Part shown: one piece after another, positions 1-9,025 of the stretch
How positions within the stretch are numbered: position 1 is the first letter of the stretch
How the letters are laid out: the number at the start of each line of letters is the position of its first letter
Source: a virus
Taxonomy: Duplodnaviria; Caudoviricetes
Reading direction: 5' to 3' (one strand)
Virus record (IMG/VR): IMGVR_UViG_3300044606_000055
Coordinates: 1-42,057 of that record
DNA: 42,057 nucleotides
Position numbers and translations under genes: made by a program
The notes under the pieces: generated by a model
Databases searched by the model: none
What the model was told of the DNA's origin: nothing
The model's input: the letters and a program-made list of their open reading frames with translations, nothing else

Positions 1-680
1 TAATAGTATGAATTACTAGTACCCTTCTTAATTTCCTTAATAACCATATCTAATATATCACCCTCACAGAAAAATTTATTCTTTAAAATCAACTGCCAAG
101 GCATCGATATATAAGACGACCACCCATCACCTTTTGTAATTACATCTTCTGTTCTATATTTATTTGCCCTTAAATCTTCATAAAAGAATCCTGTGTTATC
201 GTCAAAAATACAACCATTTGTAACATATGCCCTTGAAGTATTTTTGATAAACAATTTAATTTCATCTTTGGTTAGATCATAAGGCATCCTATAGTTTTTT
301 ATGTCTTCACTATATTCCACATTAAAGAAATCAAACATATCAATAACAATATTTCTTGAGGGATAATACTTCCATAGCAATTTAAATGTATTAGGCATCT
401 CTTCAGAGTGCATACCCGATATAGGCTCATTACTTTGTTCGAGTCCAAAAATGTTAAATAAAGCACCGATATTATCCTTATTTATCATCGGCTTGAAAAT
501 CTGAAACTCCTCTAATTGAGCCATTAATTTTTGAACTGTTTTATTTTCTTTTGACAAGATTTCATTCTTTTTCAACAATTCCTTATTGTGGCTTTTAACA
601 CGCTCAAGTTCCTCTGCCTTATCCTGTATTCTATTTTGTACTTCTTGTTCAATCAATTCATTAAAATCAAAATTATCCAT
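1..680 (-). CDS. hypothetical protein with N-terminal coiled coil (3'-partial, runs off window)
   Basis: Manually read ORF MDNFDFNELIEQEVQNRIQDK..., ATG at 680 with AGGAGA RBS, open to window edge. Confidence 0.8.
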   Translation of the reverse strand, partial: MDNFDFNELIEQEVQNRIQDKAEELERVKSHNKELLKKNEILSKENKTVQKLMAQLEEFQIFKPMINKDNIGALFNIFGLEQSNEPISGMHSEEMPNTFKLLWKYYPSRNIVIDMFDFFNVEYSEDIKNYRMPYDLTKDEIKLFIKNTSRAYVTNGCIFDDNTGFFYEDLRANKYRTEDVITKGDGWSSYISMPWQLILKNKFFCEGDILDMVIKEIKKGTSNSYY

Positions 681-737
681 TTTCAATCTCCTTATATCTC
701 TTTAATACTCACTCATACGGTTAATAAATTAATAGTT

Positions 738-1097
738 TTATCTCATTGGTTCACCATTTGGATTAAAAAACACAGGCTCCTCACACTTAGGACATTCAGC
801 ACAAAACCCGTTATTTTTCCAAAATGACCATCTTGTTACCTTGTCATCAATGTCATATAACTCATAGTTTAATATTGGGAATTCACCACCAATATCATAA
901 TATTTTTCTCCGATTTGAGTAATAACATGATCACAACCTTTGCAGTTACCACCCATATTAACCATCTTAGGAATAGCTTCAGGATATAATGCTTTTAAAA
1001 CAAGATGAAATTGATAGCAGCCCCCGTTCATGTAAATAGTTTCTATATACCTGTCGCTATTACGCAAGACATCAATAAATTCCAAAGGTTCTATCAT
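738..1097 (-). CDS. hypothetical protein (GGCYQFH motif, C-terminal CxxC)
   Basis: ORF track; GAGGTG RBS. Confidence 0.75.
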   Translation of the reverse strand: MIEPLEFIDVLRNSDRYIETIYMNGGCYQFHLVLKALYPEAIPKMVNMGGNCKGCDHVITQIGEKYYDIGGEFPILNYELYDIDDKVTRWSFWKNNGFCAECPKCEEPVFFNPNGEPMR

Positions 1098-1110
1098 TTT
1101 AACACCTCGC

Positions 1111-1344
1111 TTAAATTACTGGTTTTATCTCTTGAATGTCCTTTTCGGACAAAGCATATTTCAAATTAGTGTACCTATATTTTATGTTGTGCCGTTCAAT
1201 TGAATGTTCCCACATCCATTCAGAAGACGTTGGTGTTCCGCAATTATGCCATGTCTTTCCACCATCAGAAGAAGCCCTAATCTCTCCAATAAGATATTTA
1301 TTCATATTCAACTCCAAAACACTTAAAACAACGGTTTTAATCAC
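1111..1344 (-). CDS. hypothetical protein
   Basis: ORF track; tiles between neighbours; start uncertain. Confidence 0.6.
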   Translation of the reverse strand: MIKTVVLSVLELNMNKYLIGEIRASSDGGKTWHNCGTPTSSEWMWEHSIERHNIKYRYTNLKYALSEKDIQEIKPVI

Positions 1345-1735
1345 TTATGTAATAATAATCAACTCGTGTTGTTGCTTTACTCTCATCAAAATCCCCGATC
1401 TCCGCCCCTAGTTCTCCATTCTTTTCAATTTCAAATCCCATAAGAGGATAAAATTTGGTTTCCTTTCGATACTTAGTAAAACCTTTCAAATCTAAATCGT
1501 CTCTATCAGATCGGATTCTTGATATTAAATGTAATGGAAGTAATGCAACATATCGCCCTTTAGGTAGATATTCTGTTGGTTCGCCCGACATAAAGGTATC
1601 ATTACCACATCCATTACAGAGAATATAACCATCAAACACATCCCCAAAATTTGCATCACATTCCAGTATAACTAATTTATGATAATACAGAAATCTATCA
1701 TAATCTAGTTTGGCTATTTCAACCGTACAAAACAT
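1337..1735 (-). CDS. hypothetical protein
   Basis: ORF track trimmed to MFCTVE start with GAAAGGA RBS. Confidence 0.7.
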   Translation of the reverse strand: MFCTVEIAKLDYDRFLYYHKLVILECDANFGDVFDGYILCNGCGNDTFMSGEPTEYLPKGRYVALLPLHLISRIRSDRDDLDLKGFTKYRKETKFYPLMGFEIEKNGELGAEIGDFDESKATTRVDYYYISD

Positions 1736-1781
1736 TTTAATTTCCTTTCTCCACGGCCACCGTGGTATGAGTTGTTGGCTG

Positions 1782-1979
1782 TTACCTACTCCTGAATCTA
1801 TTGGGATACCACTGGCATCTTCCACTATTTACATACGGTCTTTGCCCATAAATGGCGCAGCATGTCTCACAATTAATACACTCGTTGCATGTCACACCAT
1901 CGTCCAACAACATGTTATATTCGGCATTCCAATCCTCAGTTCCTTCCCTATATCCTTTAACACGATCTTTTGATTTCAT
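1782..1979 (-). CDS. small Cys-rich hypothetical protein
   Basis: ORF track; AAGGAG RBS; its TAA lies inside motif B. Confidence 0.7.
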   Translation of the reverse strand: MKSKDRVKGYREGTEDWNAEYNMLLDDGVTCNECINCETCCAIYGQRPYVNSGRCQWYPNRFRSR

Positions 1980-2020
1980 ATTTTTCTCCTTTCACGAATT
2001 AAAACGACTTTTTTATTCAC

Positions 2021-2173
2021 TTATTTTATTTCCTTATCTACTATTGTGTAAACCATTACCTGTTTAGGAGCGTCTTGAATTGCCTTGCTTAAATCTTTAA
2101 CGGCCTGATCATGATTGTCTCCTGCAAGTAGATTTAAAATTCTCAACAATAAAACTCCATCTATTAAAACCAT
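2021..2173 (-). CDS. small hypothetical protein (50 aa)
   Basis: Manually read MVLIDGVLLLRILNLLAG...; GGAGGT RBS; flanked by motif A copies. Confidence 0.65.
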   Translation of the reverse strand: MVLIDGVLLLRILNLLAGDNHDQAVKDLSKAIQDAPKQVMVYTIVDKEIK

Positions 2174-2227
2174 TATTACTACCTCCATTTAAAATGATAT
2201 TTCTATTTGTTTAAAATTACTCTTTTA

Positions 2228-2449
2228 TCACACTTCTCGTATCTCAATCATGTCGCCCATGCCATCATAATCTATAGGGCTGCCATCCCACTCAAAATCA
2301 ATCACGTTAGAATACTGACCCAGCCATTTTGTGGCATAATTTTTTGCTTCTACAAATGTATTATAAGCAGATTTGCCCCAATATGAGCCGTACATATTAT
2401 CATTATGATAACAATCTGCTGGTCTACCGCAATCGAATACTTGATACAT
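2228..2449 (-). CDS. hypothetical protein
   Basis: ORF track; AAGGAG RBS. Confidence 0.7.
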   Translation of the reverse strand: MYQVFDCGRPADCYHNDNMYGSYWGKSAYNTFVEAKNYATKWLGQYSNVIDFEWDGSPIDYDGMGDMIEIREV

Positions 2450-2514
2450 AATGATCTCCTTTCATAAGTTAAAAGTGTTGGTTGATACCGATATCTTTAA
2501 AAGGATTCTTTTAA

Positions 2515-2691
2515 TCAATACTTCTCTTCTATTGGGTATGTGCGTTTGGAGTCTATCCAGCCCCACCATTTGCCATCACAATTCCAAACAAAGAACTCTG
2601 TTACATCGCCACAAATATAATCAAATCTCTGTGTTCGTATAGAATAAACCGTACACCTATCTTCACCATCATATATTACTCCAAATCCCAT
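2515..2691 (-). CDS. small hypothetical protein
   Basis: ORF track trimmed to MGFGVIY; GGAAGGA RBS follows motif B. Confidence 0.65.
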   Translation of the reverse strand: MGFGVIYDGEDRCTVYSIRTQRFDYICGDVTEFFVWNCDGKWWGWIDSKRTYPIEEKY

Positions 2692-2744
2692 TTTAAATCC
2701 TTCCTGCGTGGCACACAATTCCCGCTGTTACCTGACGGTGGGCA

Positions 2745-3827
2745 TTAGCCCACCGCAGATATATCTTCGTCATCCGGCAAATCGTCAATGCTCATACCGA
2801 TATCATCAACCGACCTGATATGCGTATCATAGTAATCACGAATTTCGGACAGCCTACGCGCAATAGCTTCGGGTTTACCGCTGCCATACTGACAGGCCAT
2901 GTTATAAGAATTGCTAATAGTAGCCGCCCTCCCCTTTGCACCAAAAAAGCCAAGTATAAAGGCTCTCAGTGCGGTCTGGTCAATTGTAGAGGCCAGCCGT
3001 ACCAAAGAAACCAAGTGTGTCTTGCGGATCATACGTTTTGCGACAGCCGCATTGCTGTTCTGAATCGCATTGTAAACCGCCAGTATGTTATCGAACGCTG
3101 TTTTAATGCGGTCTGCCTGTTCAGCCTTAATCTCCGTTGTGCGGACTATCTCACGCATATCCTTGGCATTGAACGATGGCTTGTCGGTAAAGAGAAGGAT
3201 ATAGGATTTAATTACCATATCTTCGTTGTTATATTTATTCTTTGCCTTTTCAGTGAGCGCCACATCAAATATGGGATGCTCAGAGAGTTCTTTAATCAAA
3301 TCAAACGATTTTGACTGCAAGCGCGTTATCTCAATGGCCGTAAATGGTACACCACCATTCAATCGAGATATCATTTCTTCTCTCTGATCATCGTCCATGT
3401 CCCGATACCAGTACAGGTTAAGATTATAGGTAGTTATTCTATTCTGCACCTCTAATGGCAATTCAGAAAACTTCTTGCCCTCTGCGTCGTACTCCTCGCC
3501 GTTTTCAAGATAAATACGGTTTATATCTTTTTCCATATCAACTGTAGAAAAATCCAATTCATATCCATCGTCAAGATAAAGACAAAAGGCATTTGATCTT
3601 TGCTTTCCCTCAAGGCAGTCATATATACCATTTGTTTCTGACGCATACATAGGCGGTATGGGATATCCAATTATAGCAGAATGAATCAATTTGCTATTGT
3701 GAGTCTTAGACCACACATAATTTCTTTGTACATCATTGTCAAATTTAATCTTATCCTTTGCGACCATATTACAAAGTGTTTTTACAGTCCACGGCAGGTT
3801 TCCCTTGTTTTCAAATAGGTTATTCAT
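2745..3827 (-). CDS. DUF262 (ParB-like/GmrSD N-terminal NTPase) domain protein
   Basis: Motifs VQRNYVW, LIHSAIIGYPIPP, EGKQR (DGQQR variant), RLNGGVPFT. Confidence 0.8.
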   Translation of the reverse strand: MNNLFENKGNLPWTVKTLCNMVAKDKIKFDNDVQRNYVWSKTHNSKLIHSAIIGYPIPPMYASETNGIYDCLEGKQRSNAFCLYLDDGYELDFSTVDMEKDINRIYLENGEEYDAEGKKFSELPLEVQNRITTYNLNLYWYRDMDDDQREEMISRLNGGVPFTAIEITRLQSKSFDLIKELSEHPIFDVALTEKAKNKYNNEDMVIKSYILLFTDKPSFNAKDMREIVRTTEIKAEQADRIKTAFDNILAVYNAIQNSNAAVAKRMIRKTHLVSLVRLASTIDQTALRAFILGFFGAKGRAATISNSYNMACQYGSGKPEAIARRLSEIRDYYDTHIRSVDDIGMSIDDLPDDEDISAVG

Positions 3828-3868
3828 ATTATTTTCTTTCCTTTCTTGATAAAACTTTCCTTATAATT

Positions 3869-3897
3869 ATTATATCATATTTCATAATTTTATTCAA
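3869..3897 (-). promoter_or_regulatory. sigmaA-type promoter for DUF262 gene
   Basis: TTGAAT-17-TATAAT with extended TG on minus strand. Confidence 0.65.
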
Positions 3898-3966
3898 CGA
3901 TCACATAAATCTTTGATAATGGGTACTAGCTATGCAAGATATGGTCAGTACCCACAGGTAAAAGAT

Positions 3967-4083
3967 TCACAGTCCGTTTTCAAAACCCCTTTCAAGCCTC
4001 AACTTGATTTCTGCTCTGTCCATTCCGGCTTCCTCATCTTCTTCCAGTGCTGCCATAATATCATAAAATAAATCTCTTGGCAT
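3967..4083 (-). CDS. small acidic hypothetical protein (38 aa)
   Basis: Manually read MPRDLFYDIMAALEEDEEAG...; GAGGT RBS. Confidence 0.55.
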   Translation of the reverse strand: MPRDLFYDIMAALEEDEEAGMDRAEIKLRLERGFENGL

Positions 4084-4304
4084 AGCTAATACCTCACGCT
4101 TTCTTTTGTATTCCGTCTCATATAACCTCATTAATTATCAATCGCTGCGATATATTTTTATATTCATCTCTTCTCTCCCTTTTCTCGTCTCTTCTCGTCT
4201 TTTACTGTGCCAACCACTTCTTATCAACTTGAGTTCTGGTATTTCATCTTTCTTTTATCTCCTTTTCAAATATTCTTTTCCACATCATCTCCATTTTCAT
4301 TTAT

Positions 4305-4334
4305 ATTTTAACATACTTATATGTATGTTGTCAA
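4305..4334 (-). promoter_or_regulatory. sigmaA promoter with palindromic operator in spacer
   Basis: TTGACA-18-TAAAAT with TG; AACATAC-N6-GTATGTT at 4310-4329. Confidence 0.65.
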
Positions 4335-4366
4335 TGTATTTTTAAAATTGTTTTAAAAGGATTGTT

Positions 4367-4597
4367 TTATTCTATTATTATTCCGGCATTTTCACAATAC
4401 TGTGCAAAAGTAACGCCGTGGCAATCTATAAAAGTTTCTAAATCGCTAAAGAATATTTGTGCCATAAAATCATTATATTCTTTACGTGCCTCTTCTAATT
4501 TTAATCTCTTATTATGATCCCAATAATTAAGATCATATTCATCTGCCCTACAACCGCAACCCTTAGCTCCGTAATAATCATCAGCTTTTATTGACAT
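4367..4597 (-). CDS. hypothetical protein
   Basis: ORF track; AAGGAG RBS; bounded by motif A copies. Confidence 0.7.
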   Translation of the reverse strand: MSIKADDYYGAKGCGCRADEYDLNYWDHNKRLKLEEARKEYNDFMAQIFFSDLETFIDCHGVTFAQYCENAGIIIE

Positions 4598-4630
4598 TTA
4601 ATTCTCCTTTCCTGTTATAAAATTGCTTTT

Positions 4631-5194
4631 TTATTTCATCTTTTCAATAGGTTTTTCAAGCAGGTTATAGACTGTATATTCTGCTGGCTCACTTCCCCAT
4701 ACAGTCCATAGACATTCCATTGTAGGTGCTCCGCCCTTTTGTCCAAACAAGAAGTCTGGCCTCCATGTAAGAGGTAAAATGGCCGTTGGTTTGAATTTAT
4801 TAAATAAATCCAATCTTGATTTAGAATGCCAATACTGCGATTTTAACAATAGTGCAAACGGTACATTATGCGATATACACTTTTCAATAAATTCAACAGA
4901 GAATTTGAATGGTGGATTTGTAATAATCCAATCACAATATTTCTTTTCTGTTGTTAAAAAATCTTCAATTGTGCCATAACCAAAATTATTAATATCCGAA
5001 GATACAACTTGATATCCCATACTTGTAATGGCGTTTGACATATGTCCTTCTCCGCAAGCTGGTTCCCATATGATTGTCTTAGTAGGCAAATTAAGATATT
5101 TCATAAGAGCAATTGTAACTTCTGGTGGTGTCGGGTAAAATTCTGTCTTACTACGATCTATTGCACTTCTGTTTGTTAATAAATTTCCTTCCAT
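4631..5194 (-). CDS. orphan DNA amino-methyltransferase (N6-adenine type)
   Basis: FYPTP, WEPACGEG (SAM motif I), ITNPPF (motif IV). Confidence 0.85.
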   Translation of the reverse strand: MEGNLLTNRSAIDRSKTEFYPTPPEVTIALMKYLNLPTKTIIWEPACGEGHMSNAITSMGYQVVSSDINNFGYGTIEDFLTTEKKYCDWIITNPPFKFSVEFIEKCISHNVPFALLLKSQYWHSKSRLDLFNKFKPTAILPLTWRPDFLFGQKGGAPTMECLWTVWGSEPAEYTVYNLLEKPIEKMK

Positions 5195-5198
5195 TAAT

Positions 5199-5378
5199 TT
5201 ACCTCCATATCAATTTTGCAATCTTATCTTCAATTTCTTTTGCTCTTTTTACTCTATCTTGGACGCTAGTTTTATCACGATTATCTAATGCAAAGTCATG
5301 ACATATCCAATATATTTCTGTTAAATCTGCTCCGTCTATTTCAATTTCATATTTACATTTTCTTGAGTTTGCCAACAT
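5199..5378 (-). CDS. small hypothetical protein (59 aa)
   Basis: Manually read MLANSRKCKYEIEIDG...; TAATG coupling with upstream gene. Confidence 0.6.
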   Translation of the reverse strand: MLANSRKCKYEIEIDGADLTEIYWICHDFALDNRDKTSVQDRVKRAKEIEDKIAKLIWR

Positions 5379-5575
5379 TATTTAACTCCTTTCTCAATGT
5401 ATAACCCCATATCTTCTATTACATCAATTTTAAACCCGCTCTTAACATCGGTATTTATTGCTTCGTCACAGTAATAAAAAACGCCCCAATCTATTCCGTC
5501 CTTCCCATAAACATGAACCAATTTTAAACTACCATTGCACTCATTTCTTGTAGCACACATACCACCACATTCCAT
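5378..5575 (-). CDS. Cys-rich hypothetical protein
   Basis: ORF track; GGAGG RBS. Confidence 0.7.
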   Translation of the reverse strand: MECGGMCATRNECNGSLKLVHVYGKDGIDWGVFYYCDEAINTDVKSGFKIDVIEDMGLYIEKGVK

Positions 5576-5586
5576 TTCGAACCTCC

Positions 5587-5811
5587 TTAATCATGGCTCT
5601 TATAGCATTCTTCTGCTTCATCTTCATTGTTGTAGATGCAACCACAAGCAGGACAAGCATATTCTCTTGGCTCATAAGTCATGCATCCATTGTTGGTTAT
5701 AATAACTGCCTCGCCGCCATATTCACATTCATTATCCATATAATGAAATTCGCAATCCGTTCTGTTACATTGAATGTTATTACACATATTTTTAATCTCC
5801 TTTCTATTCAT
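5587..5811 (-). CDS. Cys-rich (putative Zn-binding) hypothetical protein
   Basis: ORF track; CPAC and other Cys clusters. Confidence 0.65.
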   Translation of the reverse strand: MNRKEIKNMCNNIQCNRTDCEFHYMDNECEYGGEAVIITNNGCMTYEPREYACPACGCIYNNEDEAEECYKSHD

Positions 5812-6061
5812 CTACATTAACAGTACGTTCTTCCTCTTCATAATCAGAACATTCGCCGCCGCCACCCTCAATACAAGCAGTTTTAAAATTTAATCTGCCG
5901 CGCTTCTTGCAAAACTGAACATCCCTTGGATTTCTGCCACCATCAGTCCACATTTCCCCACGCTCCCAATAAGCGAACATGTTATGGCAGTTGCGTAGGG
6001 TACAATTTGTATAATGAGGTTCGTGGTCAAGATGTTTACAACATCTAAAACTTAAATTCAT
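5804..6061 (-). CDS. Cys-rich hypothetical protein
   Basis: ORF track; AAGGAG RBS. Confidence 0.7.
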   Translation of the reverse strand: MNLSFRCCKHLDHEPHYTNCTLRNCHNMFAYWERGEMWTDGGRNPRDVQFCKKRGRLNFKTACIEGGGGECSDYEEEERTVNVDE

Positions 6062-6095
6062 TTTATTCTCCTTTCATTGTGTTAAAATTTGCATT

Positions 6096-6293
6096 TTATC
6101 TCAATTGATCTATTTTCTTTTTACAGTCTTCCCACGCTTCACTTAGCCAATTATGAAATTTTGAAGAATGACCACTTATCTTTCTTCCTCCATTTTCCAT
6201 CACTATTGTACCGTCACCAACAAATACACATTTCCAGCCCTTATAATTTTTAGAACCAGATACAACTATATCAACTAATTCATCGTAGCCCAT
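6096..6293 (-). CDS. hypothetical protein
   Basis: ORF track; AAGGAG RBS. Confidence 0.7.
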   Translation of the reverse strand: MGYDELVDIVVSGSKNYKGWKCVFVGDGTIVMENGGRKISGHSSKFHNWLSEAWEDCKKKIDQLR

Positions 6294-6295
6294 AA

Positions 6296-6466
6296 CTAAT
6301 TCTCCTTTTCATCATTTTCTGAATTCTCACAACCACATTCCTCACACTGAAACAACAACGACTTATCGCCATATACAATGCCTTTATATTTCTGCCATCT
6401 GTAATTCCCACAATCAACACAGAATAAATCTACTCGTTGCCCTACTTTTAAATTCTCGCTGTTCAT
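6296..6466 (-). CDS. Zn-ribbon hypothetical protein
   Basis: CVDC...CEEC; start trimmed to MNSENL. Confidence 0.65.
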   Translation of the reverse strand: MNSENLKVGQRVDLFCVDCGNYRWQKYKGIVYGDKSLLFQCEECGCENSENDEKEN

Positions 6467-6499
6467 TATATTTCCTTTCCGTGTGTTAAAATCCACAAT

Positions 6500-6631
6500 T
6501 TATTGCTTTTCAGACTCTTCTTTTTCTTCCTTTTTACCAAACCAAACCTCTTCAAGACTTCTCTTATCTTTACCGTTGTAGATCATATCTTTTATAATAG
6601 CTTTTTCAACGGCTGTTATAGATTTTCTCAT
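6500..6631 (-). CDS. small hypothetical protein (43 aa)
   Basis: Manually read MRKSITAVEKAIIKD...; AAGGAG RBS; between motif A copies. Confidence 0.6.
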   Translation of the reverse strand: MRKSITAVEKAIIKDMIYNGKDKRSLEEVWFGKKEEKEESEKQ

Positions 6632-6705
6632 TTTTCAAACTCCTTTCATGTAATAGAATCAGCGTTTTAACATCATGTGCCGTGGCACAAACTCTGTTCT
6701 GTTAC

Positions 6706-7104
6706 CTACTTAGCCTTATTAGCAAACTCTATTGCCCTCTTCTTTTCCCTCGCGTTTCTCTGATAGCACCTCCAGCACATACCCATTGCTGCATTAGCTG
6801 GTTCGCCGCACTCCTTACACGGCGGGAGATCGCTCAAATCATCCTCTGTCGGCACATCTGCTGGCCGCATCAATTCGTCCATTTCCACACCTAGTATGTG
6901 GCACAACTTATATGCCGTATCAAACGGAGGTTTGTTACCCCTATTGGTTTTATACCAGCCGTACACCGTTTGAGTGGACACACCTACACGGTCAGCTATA
7001 TATCCGGCCTCCACATCCTTTGTGAGCCGCCTGACATTTGCCGCTACTACTAGCCGTGGTGTTGCGTTGTATTTGTCGATTAACTCAATTATGCTCATAT
7101 CCAT
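6706..7104 (-). CDS. XRE-family HTH transcriptional regulator with C-terminal Zn finger
   Basis: IADRVGVSTQTVYGW...P.FDTAYKLCHILGVEMDELM; CKEC...CWRC. Confidence 0.8.
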   Translation of the reverse strand: MDMSIIELIDKYNATPRLVVAANVRRLTKDVEAGYIADRVGVSTQTVYGWYKTNRGNKPPFDTAYKLCHILGVEMDELMRPADVPTEDDLSDLPPCKECGEPANAAMGMCWRCYQRNAREKKRAIEFANKAK

Positions 7105-7111
7105 GTCTCCT

Positions 7112-7139
7112 ATTATATCATGCTACCTTTGGTTGTCAA
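7112..7139 (-). promoter_or_regulatory. sigmaA promoter directly upstream of XRE gene
   Basis: TTGACA-16-TATAAT with extended TG. Confidence 0.65.
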
Positions 7140-7151
7140 TATAAATATGAA

Positions 7152-7226
7152 TTAATCACTATAATCAAAGTCTATTAATTCGTCAATATCGGAATAAAGC
7201 CAATCCGTCACTTTCTTATCGTCCAT
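7152..7226 (-). CDS. very acidic 24-aa peptide
   Basis: MDDKKVTDWLYSDIDELIDFDYSD; GAAAGGA RBS. Confidence 0.5.
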   Translation of the reverse strand: MDDKKVTDWLYSDIDELIDFDYSD

Positions 7227-7264
7227 TTTCAATTCCTTTCCGTTCACTTAAAATGAACATTCTA

Positions 7265-7495
7265 TCATTTTATTCCTAAAGCATACTTTTCTGATCGACA
7301 TATTTTTTTGAGTTCTTTGTATTTCTCTTCATCGACGACCAAAGTTCCATCATATATTTCTACAATACAATCATGCATTGCGTACCCTACAGATAACCAA
7401 TAAGGAGTTCTATGATATTCTTTAAGATTCTTAGATGCAATCGTTTTAATTCTTCTATCCCATTGTTCTTGACTAAGATAAAGTAATTTTATCAT
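7265..7495 (-). CDS. hypothetical protein
   Basis: ORF track trimmed to MIKLL; GAGGT RBS. Confidence 0.65.
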   Translation of the reverse strand: MIKLLYLSQEQWDRRIKTIASKNLKEYHRTPYWLSVGYAMHDCIVEIYDGTLVVDEEKYKELKKICRSEKYALGIK

Positions 7496-7530
7496 AATTA
7501 ACCTCATTTCCTACTTTTAAAATGGGCATT

Positions 7531-7620
7531 TTATTTTGCCGAAATTTTTCTAGTAATATAGCCACTTACGAATCCAATTCCAAAACCAATAAAGATCATA
7601 CAAGCCCAAACATATTCCAT
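7531..7620 (-). CDS. small membrane peptide (29 aa)
   Basis: MEYVWACMIFIGFGIGFVSGYITRKISAK; AGGAGG RBS. Confidence 0.6.
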   Translation of the reverse strand: MEYVWACMIFIGFGIGFVSGYITRKISAK

Positions 7621-7632
7621 ATTAAACCTCCT

Positions 7633-7866
7633 TTAAGAAAACGGTATTAATTCTTCATCCGAAAATGTATTAATGCATTCAGATTTTTTCATTATATCAA
7701 TTACTCCACCATCAATCCGAATAACCAAATTTGCACCATCAAATATTCCTTCTTTATGCCCATTCGGACATTCCATAAAAGCGTCTGTCAGATATTCCGC
7801 GCCTCCGTCTGTTTTATGATAATACAAAGTTGTTTCCTTACTATTTTCAATATATTTATTAAACAT
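7633..7866 (-). CDS. hypothetical protein
   Basis: ORF track; RBS. Confidence 0.7.
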   Translation of the reverse strand: MFNKYIENSKETTLYYHKTDGGAEYLTDAFMECPNGHKEGIFDGANLVIRIDGGVIDIMKKSECINTFSDEELIPFS

Positions 7867-7868
7867 TT

Positions 7869-8273
7869 TTAATTCCTTTCTGCCTTACTCAAATCAATCA
7901 AGGCTACAAATCTACCCTGTTCATCATCGTCATTAACCTGTAATGTTGCCAATTCCGAACACATCATAGACAAGAATCTTTCATGAAAATTCAAATCCTT
8001 ATATACGATGGAATACAATGCACATGGAGAAAAGGCATTATCAAGTACAGTAATCAGCAAATTAATTTTGCCTATCTGCCGATAGGTTTCTTTGATCCAG
8101 TGATACATAGCACCATAGTCAACGTGTTCCAGCAAAAGCCCTGTTATGTCTGCTACACAGGCTCGTAAAGAAGTAAGATAATCATTGCCGGAACGTTTGC
8201 AGCACATAATGATATCTTGTGAGTGTTTGTCTATCATAATTGTTTTTTCTGTGATCATAGGTATCTTGTCCAT
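7869..8273 (-). CDS. hypothetical protein
   Basis: ORF track; GAAAGGA RBS after motif B. Confidence 0.7.
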   Translation of the reverse strand: MDKIPMITEKTIMIDKHSQDIIMCCKRSGNDYLTSLRACVADITGLLLEHVDYGAMYHWIKETYRQIGKINLLITVLDNAFSPCALYSIVYKDLNFHERFLSMMCSELATLQVNDDDEQGRFVALIDLSKAERN

Positions 8274-8300
8274 TTTATTTTCCTTTCTGCCGTGGTACGG

Positions 8301-8468
8301 CTAGTGTTCTGTTACACCAAAACATACTAATATAACTTCATTTTCATGTTCTGTTTGTAATGTAATTCTTTTATCACAATCGTTATAATGCTTACAGAAC
8401 ATAGAACACATAGGAAGTTTATCAGATATCTCTTTGGTTGTTACATATCTTGCAAAACCTTTACTCAT
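8301..8468 (-). CDS. small hypothetical protein (55 aa)
   Basis: Manually read MSKGFARYVTTKEISDKLPMC...; ends within motif B. Confidence 0.55.
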   Translation of the reverse strand: MSKGFARYVTTKEISDKLPMCSMFCKHYNDCDKRITLQTEHENEVILVCFGVTEH

Positions 8469-8485
8469 GGTTATAACCCTTTCTG

Positions 8486-8740
8486 TTACGCTGTTAAAAC
8501 AATTCTAGTATCTTTGGCAATTTGCATCATTGCAACATATTCTACCAAAGAATCAAGAAACTCATTGACAAGTCTCTGTCCTGCCGCATTGTTTGTTATA
8601 TAAACGGTCTTATCCCATATAGGAGGACGATTAATTGACTGACCAGCGGCATAATGCTGTACATTGAGGTAGATTTCCTTGCCATTTATCCACGGAAATG
8701 ATCTAACCTTATAGCCTTTTACCCACTTATCTATTTCCAT
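8486..8740 (-). CDS. hypothetical protein
   Basis: ORF track; GAAAGGA RBS. Confidence 0.7.
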   Translation of the reverse strand: MEIDKWVKGYKVRSFPWINGKEIYLNVQHYAAGQSINRPPIWDKTVYITNNAAGQRLVNEFLDSLVEYVAMMQIAKDTRIVLTA

Positions 8741-8811
8741 TTTAAATTCCTTTCTGCGTTATAACATTTTAATTGTTTTAATAACACTTAAAATGTTTTA
8801 AATTATTAATT

Positions 8812-9015
8812 TTATTTATCTCTTAATATAACCCTGAATAAATCTTTCTTTATTTCTGTAATGACAAGTGTAAATTTATCTGTTATTTCTTTTTGGTTTT
8901 TAAAACTGTTTAACCCTTCATCATCACATTTAAAGATTAATCCGTTTTGCGGATATATGCGGCCTAAAGAACCATATATTAATTTTTCCGCTACATTCAA
9001 ATCTATTTCTATCAT
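8812..9015 (-). CDS. hypothetical protein
   Basis: ORF track; AGGAGG RBS. Confidence 0.7.
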   Translation of the reverse strand: MIEIDLNVAEKLIYGSLGRIYPQNGLIFKCDDEGLNSFKNQKEITDKFTLVITEIKKDLFRVILRDK

Positions 9016-9025
9016 TTTTCCTCCT

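Noticed and set aside
8466-8489. Additional motif B copy CATGG-N12-CTGTTAC
   Set aside because: 12-nt spacer and a mismatch; explained by stop codon, RBS and ATG. Not counted.
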